The notes under the pieces were generated by a model. The model was not told the origin of the DNA. It was given only the letters and a program-made list of their open reading frames with translations, and searched no databases. From an uncultured Spirochaetota bacterium (GTDB lineage Bacteria > Spirochaetota > Spirochaetia > SZUA-6 > Fen-1364), in NCBI GenBank assembly GCA_963781885.1, contig CAWAHW010000004.1, forward strand, positions 192,001 through 256,000: 64,000 nt of DNA. The letters run 5' to 3'. Below, piece by piece: positions 51,906 through 62,433 of this stretch. Within the stretch, counting starts at the first letter, position 1. Every line of letters begins with the position of its first letter. The translations under genes were made by a program, and so were the position numbers.

Positions 51906-53563
51906 GGATATACCCGCTGCACCGTGAGGTCGACGTCTCGTGGTTTCTGTTCCGGCGACGGCTTTGGAGGCAGAGGCGGACGCGGGTCGAGGTCCTGGGC
52001 GGCCACCGGTTGTGAACTGAAATGGATGTCCGCCGGCAGGGCGTCCGTGGGCTCCGTTGCCACCTTGTCGCCCTGGACCAGGAACGCGTCGTCGGCCCCT
52101 GGCAGCGATCCATCGCCCCGCAGCTTGAGCACCCACGTACACGTCTGGCCAGCGGAGTAGTAATTCGTGCTCGTGCAGACCGCAAATCCACCGTCGGAAG
52201 TCTGAATCGGGTCGAACGGGGCTTCCGGCGCAATACCGCGATATCGCCTCTCCCATTGTATGGCGCCGCTCGCATCGAGCTTGAGGATCGCGGCATCGCT
52301 TCCGTCCCTGGCCGGGGTTCCCGTGGAGAGGACAAAACCGCCATCAGTGGTCTCCTGGACCGGTGATGCCTGCCAGCCAGGAAGGGGAAGGTCGTATTTC
52401 TGTTGCCACGAAATCGCGCCATTCGCGGAAATCTTCAGAAGCCACAAGATGAGGGGCGCCTCGCCATTGTCGGTCTTTCGCAATCCGGCGCTTATGATTG
52501 CCCCTCCTCCCCGGGCCGACGCGACGCCACCCAGGGCCTCATCCGTTGGCCCACCCACCGTCTCTTGCCATTCGATCACGCCGCCCTCCTTCAGCTTGAG
52601 GAGCCAGAGGTCGGCGCTTCCTGCTCCCGGAATCTCCGCGCTTCCGCCAAGAAGGTACCCGCCTTCAACGGGACAGACGGCCACGGAGCTCCCCGTGGTC
52701 AGCCTCCTCCCACCGGCCTGATCACGAAATGCCTCCTGCCATTCCACGGCGCCATTTGTCGTCAGCTTCACCACCCAGAGGAAAAGGGATTCGGTTGAGT
52801 TCCCCGGTTGCACACTCGTGCATAGAATTGAGCCTCCATCCGGCGTCTGACGGATAGCGCCGCGCAAAGAAGTGTCACGTGAAAAGCAAATGGTTGATTT
52901 CCAGGACATCGTCCCGGCGGAATCGATCTTCATGACCCACTGTTCGTCAAACGTGGAATCGACGGTCAGGCTGACGCCAAGGATGAGAATCCCTCCGTCA
53001 GTCGTGCGGTCGACGGAATATGCATCGCAGGAGCTTGCGCTGAGGTAGCTCCCCTGCCAAATGGCATTTCCGTCGGGTCCAAGACGCGCCGCCAGCAAGG
53101 CGTGCCGACTGCTATCCTCGCTGGACGTGATCCAGACGGCGATTGCGTCGCCGTTGTCGAGGGAACAGATGAATCTCCCCGCGGAGTACGCACGGCCCCC
53201 CAGGCATCGAGCCCATACGGCTTCCGTAGCGGGCCCACCGATCATTGTCTCCTTGCCATTCACGAGGGAGCTCACGCGATATTCGCAGGGTGCATCGGCC
53301 GGAAGATCGGTATCCACAAAGCTCGTCTCATGCAGAGGGCTGCCGTTCAGCTTGAGAGGCTCGCCCCCGTGACCGACGGCGCGGTAAACGTTGTAGCCGG
53401 CGGCTGACGGCTCTGCACCCCATGCAAGAGAGGCGCTCCCGGATGCGTAGGCCAGCGTGACTCCCGGCTGCGCAGGAGAGGAAAATGCCTGCGGGGATGC
53501 TACACACACGATGAAAAAGAGAAAAATCACGACAAGCCCATGGAAGCGGAACTTTTCAGCCAT
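51902..53563 (-). CDS. Secreted FN3-like plus beta-propeller repeat protein
   Basis: WGAEPSAAGYNVYRA and about seven TxDGG...LKLxxxGxIxW repeats. Confidence 0.75.
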   Translation of the reverse strand: MAEKFRFHGLVVIFLFFIVCVASPQAFSSPAQPGVTLAYASGSASLAWGAEPSAAGYNVYRAVGHGGEPLKLNGSPLHETSFVDTDLPADAPCEYRVSSLVNGKETMIGGPATEAVWARCLGGRAYSAGRFICSLDNGDAIAVWITSSEDSSRHALLAARLGPDGNAIWQGSYLSASSCDAYSVDRTTDGGILILGVSLTVDSTFDEQWVMKIDSAGTMSWKSTICFSRDTSLRGAIRQTPDGGSILCTSVQPGNSTESLFLWVVKLTTNGAVEWQEAFRDQAGGRRLTTGSSVAVCPVEGGYLLGGSAEIPGAGSADLWLLKLKEGGVIEWQETVGGPTDEALGGVASARGGGAIISAGLRKTDNGEAPLILWLLKISANGAISWQQKYDLPLPGWQASPVQETTDGGFVLSTGTPARDGSDAAILKLDASGAIQWERRYRGIAPEAPFDPIQTSDGGFAVCTSTNYYSAGQTCTWVLKLRGDGSLPGADDAFLVQGDKVATEPTDALPADIHFSSQPVAAQDLDPRPPLPPKPSPEQKPRDVDLTVQRVYP

Positions 53564-53603
53564 AGTTGTTACCCCCGGAGAATCTCGCTCATTACTTTCT
53601 GCT

Positions 53604-53721
53604 GTCAGAACGTCGGTGAACACGAAGCCGTTCCGTTCCGCCGTCTCGCCGATCGCGACAGGAATGGAGTGCGCGAATTGGGCGCGTCAACGGCCGCGGC
53701 GTGGAGCTCACCGCGTTCGGC
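53604..53721 (-). repeat. attC-like imperfect palindrome
   Basis: Minus strand GCCGAAC-GCGGTGAGC...GTTCACCGAC-GTTCTGAC with inner GGCCGTT/AACGGCT pairing. Confidence 0.45.
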
Positions 53722-53884
53722 ACACAGCCTCAAATAAATGTATAGATCATTTCAGAGCCACGGGTAAAGGGCAAAGTGCCATACCAAGCGTACGGGCCCG
53801 GCCGACATCTCAGGCGGGGCAGCCCGCACCCGCCCGGCGCTTTCAACTTTTCCGCGCCCACGATCTTCACTACATTACTTCCTC

Positions 53885-54304
53885 ATGGCAACCTCAAGAG
53901 CTCAACGCGTACCTGAGTTTCAAGGACAACGCCCGACAGGCGATGGAGTTCTACCATACCGTCTTCGGCGGCAAGCTGGTGATCAGCACATTCAAGGAGT
54001 TTCACGCTTCGAAGGATTCCAGCCAGGACAACCTCGTCATGCACGCCGACCTGCAGGGCGACAACGGGATCAGTCTTCTATGCCTCCGACACCGTCAACC
54101 CGGCGGAGTACCGTCCCGCGAACGGCATCAGCATGTCGCTGGGCGGCGACAACGAAAAGGAGCTGACGGGGTATTTCAACAAGCTCAGTGCAGGCGGGAA
54201 GGTCACGATGCCCCTGGCCAAAGGCGCAGTGGGGAGACTCATTCGGCATGCTGGTCGACAAGTTCGGCATCCCCTGGATGGTGAATATCGCCGCGCCAAA
54301 GTAG
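53885..54304 (+). CDS. VOC/PhnB-family protein (about three frameshifts)
   Basis: LNAYLSFKDNARQAMEFY, VMHADL, LSAGGKVTMPL, WGDSFGMLVDKFGIPWMVN in successive frames. Confidence 0.75.
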
Positions 54305-54313
54305 GCCGCCCGC

Positions 54314-55856
54314 CTACCCTCCCCGCATCTCCTGCACCATCGCGCGGGCGCCTTTCATCACGCCCAGCACGCCGCCGCTGCTCTGGCTTTGCGACCCGGC
54401 GAACCACAGGTTCGGGATGGGCGTCTCTGTAGCTCGGATTGGGCCGGTTCATCACGGGGGCGATGCCGCCGAAGGAGTGATGCTTCTGACGGACACGTTG
54501 GCGGAAGTCGGCGGGCGTGACGATGACCCGGGTGCTCGTTGCGGCGGCGATGCCGGGCACGTGCTTCTCCGCACAGGCGACAAGGTGGTCCGCGTATCGC
54601 TCCTTGCCTTCTTCCCAGTCCGCGCCCTGGATCGTATTCGGCGCGACAGTGTAGATCGTGACCGCCGCGCATCCCGGCGGCGCCATCCCGGGGGAATGGC
54701 GGGACGGGATGTAGAGGACAAAGCCGTCCGCGCCGTCGTGGTAGCGGCCCGCGCGTATGTCGCGGACCCCCTGCTCCACGTCGTACCTGCCATAGTAGTA
54801 GCAGAGCGCCGACGGCTGGGCCGGCTCACGGTCGAGCCCGAGATGCACCATGAAGACGGATTCCATCTGGACCTGCCCGTCCACGACTGCCCGATAATCG
54901 CCCGGAAGCTGGTCCGCACCCAGCAGGTCGTAGAATGTCTCGCGCGCGCCGGCAGTGGAGACAACGAGGTCGGCGGGCTCGCTCTTCCCGTCCACCACGA
55001 CACCGGTCGCCTTGCCCCCTTCTGTGGTGATCCGCGTGACCGCCGCTGAAGTGCGCACCGCGCCACCGGCGGCCGCCAGGGCATCCAGCGCCGCCTTCAC
55101 CAGGGAGCCGCATCCGCCCTTGATGTACCGGTAGACGGCCCGCGGCCCGGGCCTCTCACCGCGTTCGGGGTTGCGCGCGTCGAACGCCGACTCCAGGTTG
55201 AGCAGCGGCACCCCCAGGGCCGGGAACTCACTCGGAGTGACCATCATGTCGGCAAGGATACCGGTGTACACGGCGCTCAGCTTGGGGGATTCGAAGAAAT
55301 GCGCCATGAGATCGGCGGCGGACTGTGAGCCGAATTGCTTCACGAGCAGGAAGTTCAAGGCCATTCGGAGCTTGTCCAGCGCGGCAGCGTGCCCATCGCG
55401 AATCTCCGCGCGCCGGTTGAGGGTCACAAGCCGGTACATCCTCCGGTAGAAGCGGTAGTACCGATCGAGACCGCGCGCGTCGTCGGGGAACAGGCGCCGC
55501 AGATGGTCTTTCCGCCACATCGCCCCCTGGTAGTCTGACGGCCGCCAGAGCGCAAAGTCCGGAAAAACGATGCCTCGGTCACTCGGCTCCGTGGCCAGGG
55601 CCCGGGCGCGCGCGTCAGGCACGCCGATTTCTTCGAGGATGCGCGTCCCGATCTCATCAGGGCCAAAGCCCTCCAGGAGAAGCGGACCGAGGTCCCACGA
55701 GAATCCGTCCTGAGTAATCGTGGCTGTCACGCCGCCGGGCTGGGGATACTGCTCGTAGACGGTGACCTTGTGGCCCTCCCGGGCCAGGTAGGCGCCCGCC
55801 ACCAGGCCCGCCATGCCCGACCCGATGATCGCGACCCGCTTCTGATTGACTTCCAT
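54314..55856 (-). CDS. Phytoene desaturase-family FAD oxidoreductase (C-terminal frameshift near 54425)
   Basis: IIGSGMAGL, WDLGP, IVTPADF; C-terminal GGGVLGVMKGA in a shifted frame ending at TAG 54314. Confidence 0.8.
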
Positions 55857-55859
55857 CGG

Positions 55860-57296
55860 CTATATCCCCATCTCTTCGAGCTTCTTCCTGTTCTCCGCCG
55901 CCTTCTGGGGAGTGAGATCGAACCTGCGCCAGAAGACAATGGTCATCGACAGCACCAGGAGCGCGGGCACGATGGCGGTGTGTATCCGAATCCCGACGAT
56001 CATCAGACGCCAGCCCCCCGGGTTTGCGGCCTGCTGACCAGCCAGCGTGGGGTGTCCCACCACGAATCCCGTTGCGATGTGCGCCAGCGCGATCACGAGC
56101 GCTTTGAGCGCCTCGCTGAACCTCGCGATGAAAGTCTGGAAGCCGTAGTAGATCGACGGCTCGCGCTTGCCTGTCCTCACCGCCGCGTCGTCCAGGACGT
56201 CACCCATGGTGGGCGGATCCATGAACCACTGTCCGCCAAGGCTTACGCCAAAGAGGGCGAGCGTCGCCATCCACTCCCACCGCGTGACGGCAAACGCCAT
56301 GGGGATGAAGGAGGCGACCATCAGGAAGCCCGCGATGATGCTCATCTTCTTGTTGTCGTTCACCTTCTGCGAGATCCTCACCCACAGCGGGGTGGAGACC
56401 AGTGCGCCGGCAAGCATCGAGCCCATGATGAGCGGGAGACTCCGGTTGGTGGGGTCGTCCAGGATGTAGGTGATGACGTAGAGCGCAGATGCGTTGACCA
56501 GTGCCACGGCGGCCTGGTAGCCGAAGAAGAAGAGGTACTTCACCCGCACGATCCGGTTGGCCAGTACCTTGCGCGCAACCGTGAAGAACGGCTGGTTGGC
56601 TTCGCCCGCACGGGCCTGGTTGCGCGCGTACTCGGCACGCATGCGCTTGTTCTCATAGACGCCGGGGAGAATGAGCGCGAACAGCAGGAACCCGCCGGCA
56701 AAGGAGACAAGCGCCCCCAGCCGGTAGCTCTCGGGATGGTTCTGGTTCACGATCATCCCGGTGATCACGAAGGCAAGGACGAGGCCGAGTATGCCCAGGA
56801 GCGTGCCCCAGCCCTGGACGGCGCGCCGTTCCTCGGGGGTGCGGAACTTAACCGGGAAGAGCGATACCGAGTTGATGTCGTAGAGCGTGTAGAAGGTGTC
56901 GAACAACAAGAGCGCCCCGATATACCACGCGAAGATCTTCCACGTGTCGTGCGGCGCGTGCCAGGCAAGCGGCACGAGAAAGATGAGGAGGTAGGAGAAG
57001 ATCCAGGGGATGCCGCCGATCAGGATCCATGGGAAGCGGTGCATGTGTGTCCGCTTCTGCCAGGGCATCTTGAGCTTCTCCATCAGGTAGCCCGCCAGAG
57101 GTGCGTTGATCACGTTCCAGGTAGAAAAGACGAGAAACGCCACTAACGCGAGCCCCGACGGGAGCCCGATGACGCTCTCATAGTAGAAGAACGTGTACAG
57201 GCCGAAGGCAGAGGTGAACCACTGTGAGAACATCTCTCGTGAGCCGAAGCTGGCATGGATCAGCCGGGAGTTCTCGTAACGTTGCTTCATCGACAC
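55860..57296 (-). CDS. GPH-family (MelB-like) MFS sugar transporter
   Basis: About 12 TM, RFPWILIG, DVLDD...TGKREPSIYYG. Confidence 0.85.
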   Translation of the reverse strand: MSMKQRYENSRLIHASFGSREMFSQWFTSAFGLYTFFYYESVIGLPSGLALVAFLVFSTWNVINAPLAGYLMEKLKMPWQKRTHMHRFPWILIGGIPWIFSYLLIFLVPLAWHAPHDTWKIFAWYIGALLLFDTFYTLYDINSVSLFPVKFRTPEERRAVQGWGTLLGILGLVLAFVITGMIVNQNHPESYRLGALVSFAGGFLLFALILPGVYENKRMRAEYARNQARAGEANQPFFTVARKVLANRIVRVKYLFFFGYQAAVALVNASALYVITYILDDPTNRSLPLIMGSMLAGALVSTPLWVRISQKVNDNKKMSIIAGFLMVASFIPMAFAVTRWEWMATLALFGVSLGGQWFMDPPTMGDVLDDAAVRTGKREPSIYYGFQTFIARFSEALKALVIALAHIATGFVVGHPTLAGQQAANPGGWRLMIVGIRIHTAIVPALLVLSMTIVFWRRFDLTPQKAAENRKKLEEMGI

Positions 57297-57373
57297 TGTC
57301 TCCTTTTATCGGGCATGCTATCATCCGATCGGGTCGACCGCAAACAAAATCCGTTCGGCGCAAGGGGGAAAAT

Positions 57374-58399
57374 GTGCAAAAAGAAATCACGTCTGCCGGC
57401 GATCTCCTGGATGCTCGCGGCAGGCTGGTCGCGAGTGGCTGGGCGCGGAAGCCTCTCCTGCGCTACGACCGCGGCAGGGTTGCCGCCGGAGCGCTCCGGA
57501 TCAAGGAGTGGGACTACTACGAGATCATCAACCCCGACTACGGCATCGTCCTGCTGGTCTATGACATCGGCTACCAGGGCAGGGCGGTAGTGAAGTGGAT
57601 GGACTTCCGGGCCGGAACCTTTGAGGAGAACGGCCCGACACTCTGGTTCACCCGCGGCGGCATGGGCCTGCCCCCCGGCTCGGAGACCGGCGATGTCGTC
57701 TTTGACCGCGGCGGCGTTCAGTGGGCATGCCGCCGCCGCGCTGACGGGGCCCGCGCCTTCGAGTTCTCCTTCCCGGACTTCCGCGGCGGCACAGGCATTT
57801 CCGGAGAGTTGGAGCTGGCCCCGGCGCGCGGGGACTCCATGGTCAACGCCATCCCTTTCCGAAACGCGACCAGGTTCGTCTATGCGCAGAAGATCACCTG
57901 CATGATGCCGGAAGGCCGGGTCAGGATGGGAAACGATGCCTACACCTTCTCACGGGACAACCACAGCTTCGGCTGCCTGGACTGGAGCAGGGCAGCATTC
58001 CCGTACCACTCCGAGTGGCGATGGTGCATCGCCTCCGGGACGGTGGGCGGCGTGCCCTTCGGCATGAACATCGACTACGGGTTCGGCACCGAGTCGAGCA
58101 AGTCGATGATCTTTCGCGACAGCGTGGGCCATCACTTGGACGAGGCCCGCTACACCTTCGACCGCGCGGACCCGATGAAGCCGTGGATCTTCACGGACAA
58201 TGAGAACCGGGTCGAGCTCAGCCTCAGACCGGTGTGCATCGAGCGCGGCTCCACGAACTACGTGATCCTCAAGACGAGCCTGCTGAAGGTGTACGGCTTC
58301 TTTACCGGGCGGGTGCGCCTGGACGACGGACGATGGATCACCATCAGCGAGTCTGACCGGCTGTTCGGCTCCGCGGAGGCAGTGGTGAACGACTGGTAG
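57374..58399 (+). CDS. DUF2804-family protein
   Basis: LLDARGRL...GWA, RIKEWDYY, LDWSRA. Confidence 0.8.
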   Translation: MQKEITSAGDLLDARGRLVASGWARKPLLRYDRGRVAAGALRIKEWDYYEIINPDYGIVLLVYDIGYQGRAVVKWMDFRAGTFEENGPTLWFTRGGMGLPPGSETGDVVFDRGGVQWACRRRADGARAFEFSFPDFRGGTGISGELELAPARGDSMVNAIPFRNATRFVYAQKITCMMPEGRVRMGNDAYTFSRDNHSFGCLDWSRAAFPYHSEWRWCIASGTVGGVPFGMNIDYGFGTESSKSMIFRDSVGHHLDEARYTFDRADPMKPWIFTDNENRVELSLRPVCIERGSTNYVILKTSLLKVYGFFTGRVRLDDGRWITISESDRLFGSAEAVVNDW

Positions 58400-58462
58400 A
58401 AGAGCACAGTCGGCGATGCTCGGGCAACAGCGACAAAGAGCGAAGCTCCTGAAGCTCCCGTG

Positions 58463-60019
58463 CTACGGGATTTCCTCGTCGTCCCCCTCGGGCCAGCGCG
58501 GCCCGACTCGGGCAAGCGTGATCGACTCGCGGAGATCGAACCTTCCTGTCTCGAAGAGCAGAAGGATGGTCGCATCCGACAGGACTGCAAGCTGCGAATA
58601 GCCGGCCGCTCCCTCGTAGACCAGGCGGGAAACGGGCCACGTGGCGCCTTCGTCGCTTGAGACCCTGAGCGTCATGGCGGCGCGGTAGCCGGCGCCCGGG
58701 TTGGCGAATGCGATCTGGCCAGCGGACACCCGCATTATCGAGCCCTGCGTGTCGGAGTCGGGCAAGCCGGGGGCGTACTGCCAGGGCGCCCAGGATGCAC
58801 CGCCGTCTGTGCTCGTGGCCACGATACGGTTCTTCCCCAGGCCTGCCCGGAGATTTGCCACCACGGTGCCGTCCGTGCGCTCGAACATCTGCGGTTCTTC
58901 AGTCGCGCCGCCAATGGGCGCGCCGAGCTTCCAGGTCAGGCCGTGATCGTCGCTGAAGACCGCGCGCGGCTCGCCCAGGGTCGCCGGGATCACCAGCCGG
59001 CCGTTTGCAAGCTGGATCCCGCTTCCCGGTCCGCTATGACACCACGTGCCGGCGGGCAGCCCCAGCTCCTGGCCGAGGTTGCGCGGCGCCGACCATGTTT
59101 GCCCGCGGTCGGGACTGGAGATCACGTGGAAAGAGCTGTAGTCGATGCAGTAGCCCAGCCAGACCGTGCCGGTTGCCTTGTCGTAGACAACGGTGGGACT
59201 ATGGACCGTGTGTCTGCCCTGGTCCAGCACGATCGCGAGCGGGCTCCAGCTTCTGCCGGCATCGGTGCTGCGCTTCATCACAATGTTGATGTCCAGGAGG
59301 TCACTCATCGCATCGACGCGGGATTCGGCGAAGGCAAGCACCACGTCGCCGGGCAGCACTGTCATGGAGGGGATGCGGTAGCCGCGGCCGGGCTCCTCGC
59401 CCGGCACGAACAGCGCGGTGTGCTCCACGCCGGGGGACCACCGGGGATGCCACGTCGCGGCCACGATGCCAAAGCAGAGAAAGGCAAAGAGGAATGCCAT
59501 GCCGGTGGCCGCAGTTGCCCTCATCATGGACGGAGTGCGGCGGCGGACCGCACCAAAAATGCGCGTGAAGCTGTCCGCCGCGAAAAGCACGGCATAGCCC
59601 GCGAAGGGAAACGCCAGGACCGCAACAACGAACATCGGGACCGAGCCGAGCGCTCCCAACGCCATCACCTTCCCCACGAGGAGGATCGGGACGATGGCTG
59701 CGAGGTTCCAGACCGACCAGCCTACGATCCAGAACGTGTCTTGCCCCTTGCTGCCAAAACCTCCTGCAAGGATCCCCACGGGTCTGCCGGCAGAAAGGCC
59801 TTTCACGGCCAACCACAGCGAGCCGGCCGCGCTTCCAACAAGCAGTGCCAGGAAGATTGGAAGGATCCACATGCCTCGGACAACGATAAGAAACTCGCCG
59901 CGGAAGGACAAAAGAAACACGGCGTAGATCGCACAAAAGAGGAGCGAAAACACCACCAGGATGACGCTTTCTGCAAGATCCTTCCTCAAGCCGCGGCGCG
60001 TCAGTTCTGTTTCTGTCAT
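58463..60019 (-). CDS. Membrane-anchored GH33 sialidase-like protein
   Basis: YRIP motif, Asp boxes STDAGRSW, SPDRGQTW, SDDHGLTW, STDGGASW, SSDEGATW, terminal GYS; about five N-terminal TMs. Confidence 0.82.
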   Translation of the reverse strand: MTETELTRRGLRKDLAESVILVVFSLLFCAIYAVFLLSFRGEFLIVVRGMWILPIFLALLVGSAAGSLWLAVKGLSAGRPVGILAGGFGSKGQDTFWIVGWSVWNLAAIVPILLVGKVMALGALGSVPMFVVAVLAFPFAGYAVLFAADSFTRIFGAVRRRTPSMMRATAATGMAFLFAFLCFGIVAATWHPRWSPGVEHTALFVPGEEPGRGYRIPSMTVLPGDVVLAFAESRVDAMSDLLDINIVMKRSTDAGRSWSPLAIVLDQGRHTVHSPTVVYDKATGTVWLGYCIDYSSFHVISSPDRGQTWSAPRNLGQELGLPAGTWCHSGPGSGIQLANGRLVIPATLGEPRAVFSDDHGLTWKLGAPIGGATEEPQMFERTDGTVVANLRAGLGKNRIVATSTDGGASWAPWQYAPGLPDSDTQGSIMRVSAGQIAFANPGAGYRAAMTLRVSSDEGATWPVSRLVYEGAAGYSQLAVLSDATILLLFETGRFDLRESITLARVGPRWPEGDDEEIP

Positions 60020-60171
60020 GTCACATGATAGCCGGCGCCGGGGTGTGTCCGCAAGGACGCGCTCTTTTCGCAGCGCGCCGCGGCTGGTGACGTCCCGGGA
60101 GGCAAGCGGCAGACGGCCGCGCCGTTCCTCCCGTGTTTCCACTTGCCGCCGATTCCATGCATAGTAGGCAC

Positions 60172-60774
60172 ATGGCCTTCGATTCCCCATTCGAAGCATT
60201 CCTGCAACGCATCGGGGCGCGGCTCGACCCTGTCGATACCGATAGGGTGCCGGCCGCGGAAGGAGGCGTGACCCACGCGGCGGTCACCCTCCTCCTGCGT
60301 CCGGCGGGCGATTCCGCCGAGATACTTTTTATCAAGCGCGCGGAGCGGGCCGGAGATCCATGGTCAGGGCACTTGGCATTTCCCGGCGGTCGGGCGGAAA
60401 AGTCGGATGCCTCCCTGCTGGACGTCGCCATGCGCGAAGCCGCGGAAGAGGTGGGAATCGACGCGCGACAAGGCGGCAGGCTGCTCGGCAGGCTGCCAAC
60501 GATTCGTCCCCTGAGCGCCCGCATTCCTTCCATCACCGTGACACCATTCGTCGCCGTCGCTCCGCAGGGGGCGGTCCCGCTTCTTCAGCCGGAAGAAGTC
60601 GCGGACGCCTTCTGGATGCCGCTCGCTGCGCTCAAGGAGAGCGGACGCTCCGCGACGGTCCGCTGGGAGGCAAAAGACGGGACGCGGGAGTTTCCTGCCT
60701 TCCCTTCTCCCCGGGGCCCGATCTGGGGCATCACGGAACGCATCCTCAGTCAATTCCTGGCGCTTGCCGTATGA
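60172..60774 (+). CDS. Nudix hydrolase, CoA pyrophosphatase type
   Basis: WSGHLAFPGG, AMREAAEEVG, IWGIT. Confidence 0.9.
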   Translation: MAFDSPFEAFLQRIGARLDPVDTDRVPAAEGGVTHAAVTLLLRPAGDSAEILFIKRAERAGDPWSGHLAFPGGRAEKSDASLLDVAMREAAEEVGIDARQGGRLLGRLPTIRPLSARIPSITVTPFVAVAPQGAVPLLQPEEVADAFWMPLAALKESGRSATVRWEAKDGTREFPAFPSPRGPIWGITERILSQFLALAV

Positions 60775-60846
60775 GTGTAAGCAAGAGCCAGCGGTGTCCG
60801 CCGCATTCCCGTTGAGTATATTTGATCAGGGTCGGGAGGTAGCGGC

Positions 60847-61293
60847 ATGCGGCGTCCATTGTTCCTTTCTGTCATATTGATCGTTCTGGCGGGTGGCGCG
60901 GTGGCTGCCCAATGCAAACCAACTCCCGGTGCCATTCTGGACCCAGGCTACACACCGACAGCGCCGAAGCGCGCGAGCGTCGGGTCTGGATTCGTTCTGA
61001 CAGGCACGGTGATCGGCGATGACGATTGCCGGCCGCTTTCCGGCGCGACAGTCGAGCTCTGGTTGGCGGGCCCGCAAGGGGATACCGAGGCGCTCCGAGG
61101 AACGGTGGTGACGGACAGTAATGGTCGGTACCGGTTTCAAAGTCCTTTCCCGGCCGCCACCCCGGGAGGCCCTCCTCCGCACATTCACATGAATATCGCC
61201 GCGGACGGCTTCGTGGCCATCCAGACGGAGATCTTCCCGAGAGAGGGCGCCGCGAGCGGCACGTTTGATATCGTCCTCGACTTGGGAGACTAG
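60847..61293 (+). CDS. Secreted intradiol dioxygenase-like protein
   Basis: LTGTV...CRPLSGATVELW, TDSNGRYRF, PHIH; signal peptide. Confidence 0.75.
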   Translation: MRRPLFLSVILIVLAGGAVAAQCKPTPGAILDPGYTPTAPKRASVGSGFVLTGTVIGDDDCRPLSGATVELWLAGPQGDTEALRGTVVTDSNGRYRFQSPFPAATPGGPPPHIHMNIAADGFVAIQTEIFPREGAASGTFDIVLDLGD

Positions 61294-61362
61294 GGGCGGC
61301 ACCACCAGGGCCGGAGCCCGCATTCGCCGCTCGCGTCGATCTCACGTATATTTGGAATCCAT

Positions 61363-62433
61363 ATGGAAATAGGAATCTACTCATTCGCCGACCTTTCGCC
61401 GGATGCGCACACCGGCCAGATGATAAGCCCGAGCCGGCGCATGCGCGACATCGTGGAAGAGATCGAGCTGGCAGACCAGCTCGGGCTGGACGTCTACGGC
61501 CTGGGGGAGCACCACCGGCCCGACTTCATCAGCTCGGCGCCCGCCGTGGCGCTGGCAGCGGGGGCGTCCCGCACGAAGCGCATCCGCCTCACCAGCGCGG
61601 TTTCGGTGCTGAGCTCGGACGACCCCGTGCGCGTGTACCAGGACTTCGCGACGTTGGACCTCCTGTCGGGCGGTCGGGCGGAGATCATGGCGGGCAGGGG
61701 ATCGTTCATCGAGAGCTTCCCCCTCTTCGGCTATGACCTTGACGACTACGACGAGCTCTTTCAGGAAAAGCTGGACCTGCTCCTCTCTGTCCGGGAAAAT
61801 GAGAAGGTCACGTGGTCGGGCAAGTTCCGCCCGCCGCTGCAGGGCCTGGGGGTCTACCCTCGATCTCACCAGCAGCCGCTGCCGGTCTGGGTGGCGGTAG
61901 GGGGCAGCCCGGATTCGGTGGCGCGCACGGCCCAGCTCGGGCTGCCGATGGCGCTTGCAATCATCGGCGGGCAACCGGAGCGTTTCAAGCCCTTCGTGCA
62001 ACTCTACCGTGACGTGGCGAAGGAAGCCGGGCACGACCCGTCCACGACAAAGGTCAGCATCAACTCGCACGGGTACATCGCCGACACCTCCCAGCAGGCT
62101 GCCGACGAGCACTATCCCGCCATGCAGGCGCTCATGTCGCGGATCGGCCGCGAGCGCGGATGGCCCCCGATGAGCCGGGCGCAGTTCGAGGCGGACCGCG
62201 GGCTTCGCGGGCACCTCCTGCTGGGAAGCCCGCAGGAAGTCATCGACAAGATGCTCTTCGAGCACAGCATGTTCGCCTACGACCGGTTCCTCATCCAGTT
62301 CAGCGTGGGAACCATACCCCACGACAGGATGATGCACTGCATCGAGCTGTTCGGGACAAAGGTGGCCCCCGCGGTGCGCAAGGCGACGGAGGGCGCCCCT
62401 GCCGCGACCGTCCCCGAGCGCGCCCCGGCATGA
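61363..62433 (+). CDS. LLM-class flavin-dependent oxidoreductase
   Basis: [27 protein letters not shown]. Confidence 0.92.
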   Translation: MEIGIYSFADLSPDAHTGQMISPSRRMRDIVEEIELADQLGLDVYGLGEHHRPDFISSAPAVALAAGASRTKRIRLTSAVSVLSSDDPVRVYQDFATLDLLSGGRAEIMAGRGSFIESFPLFGYDLDDYDELFQEKLDLLLSVRENEKVTWSGKFRPPLQGLGVYPRSHQQPLPVWVAVGGSPDSVARTAQLGLPMALAIIGGQPERFKPFVQLYRDVAKEAGHDPSTTKVSINSHGYIADTSQQAADEHYPAMQALMSRIGRERGWPPMSRAQFEADRGLRGHLLLGSPQEVIDKMLFEHSMFAYDRFLIQFSVGTIPHDRMMHCIELFGTKVAPAVRKATEGAPAATVPERAPA

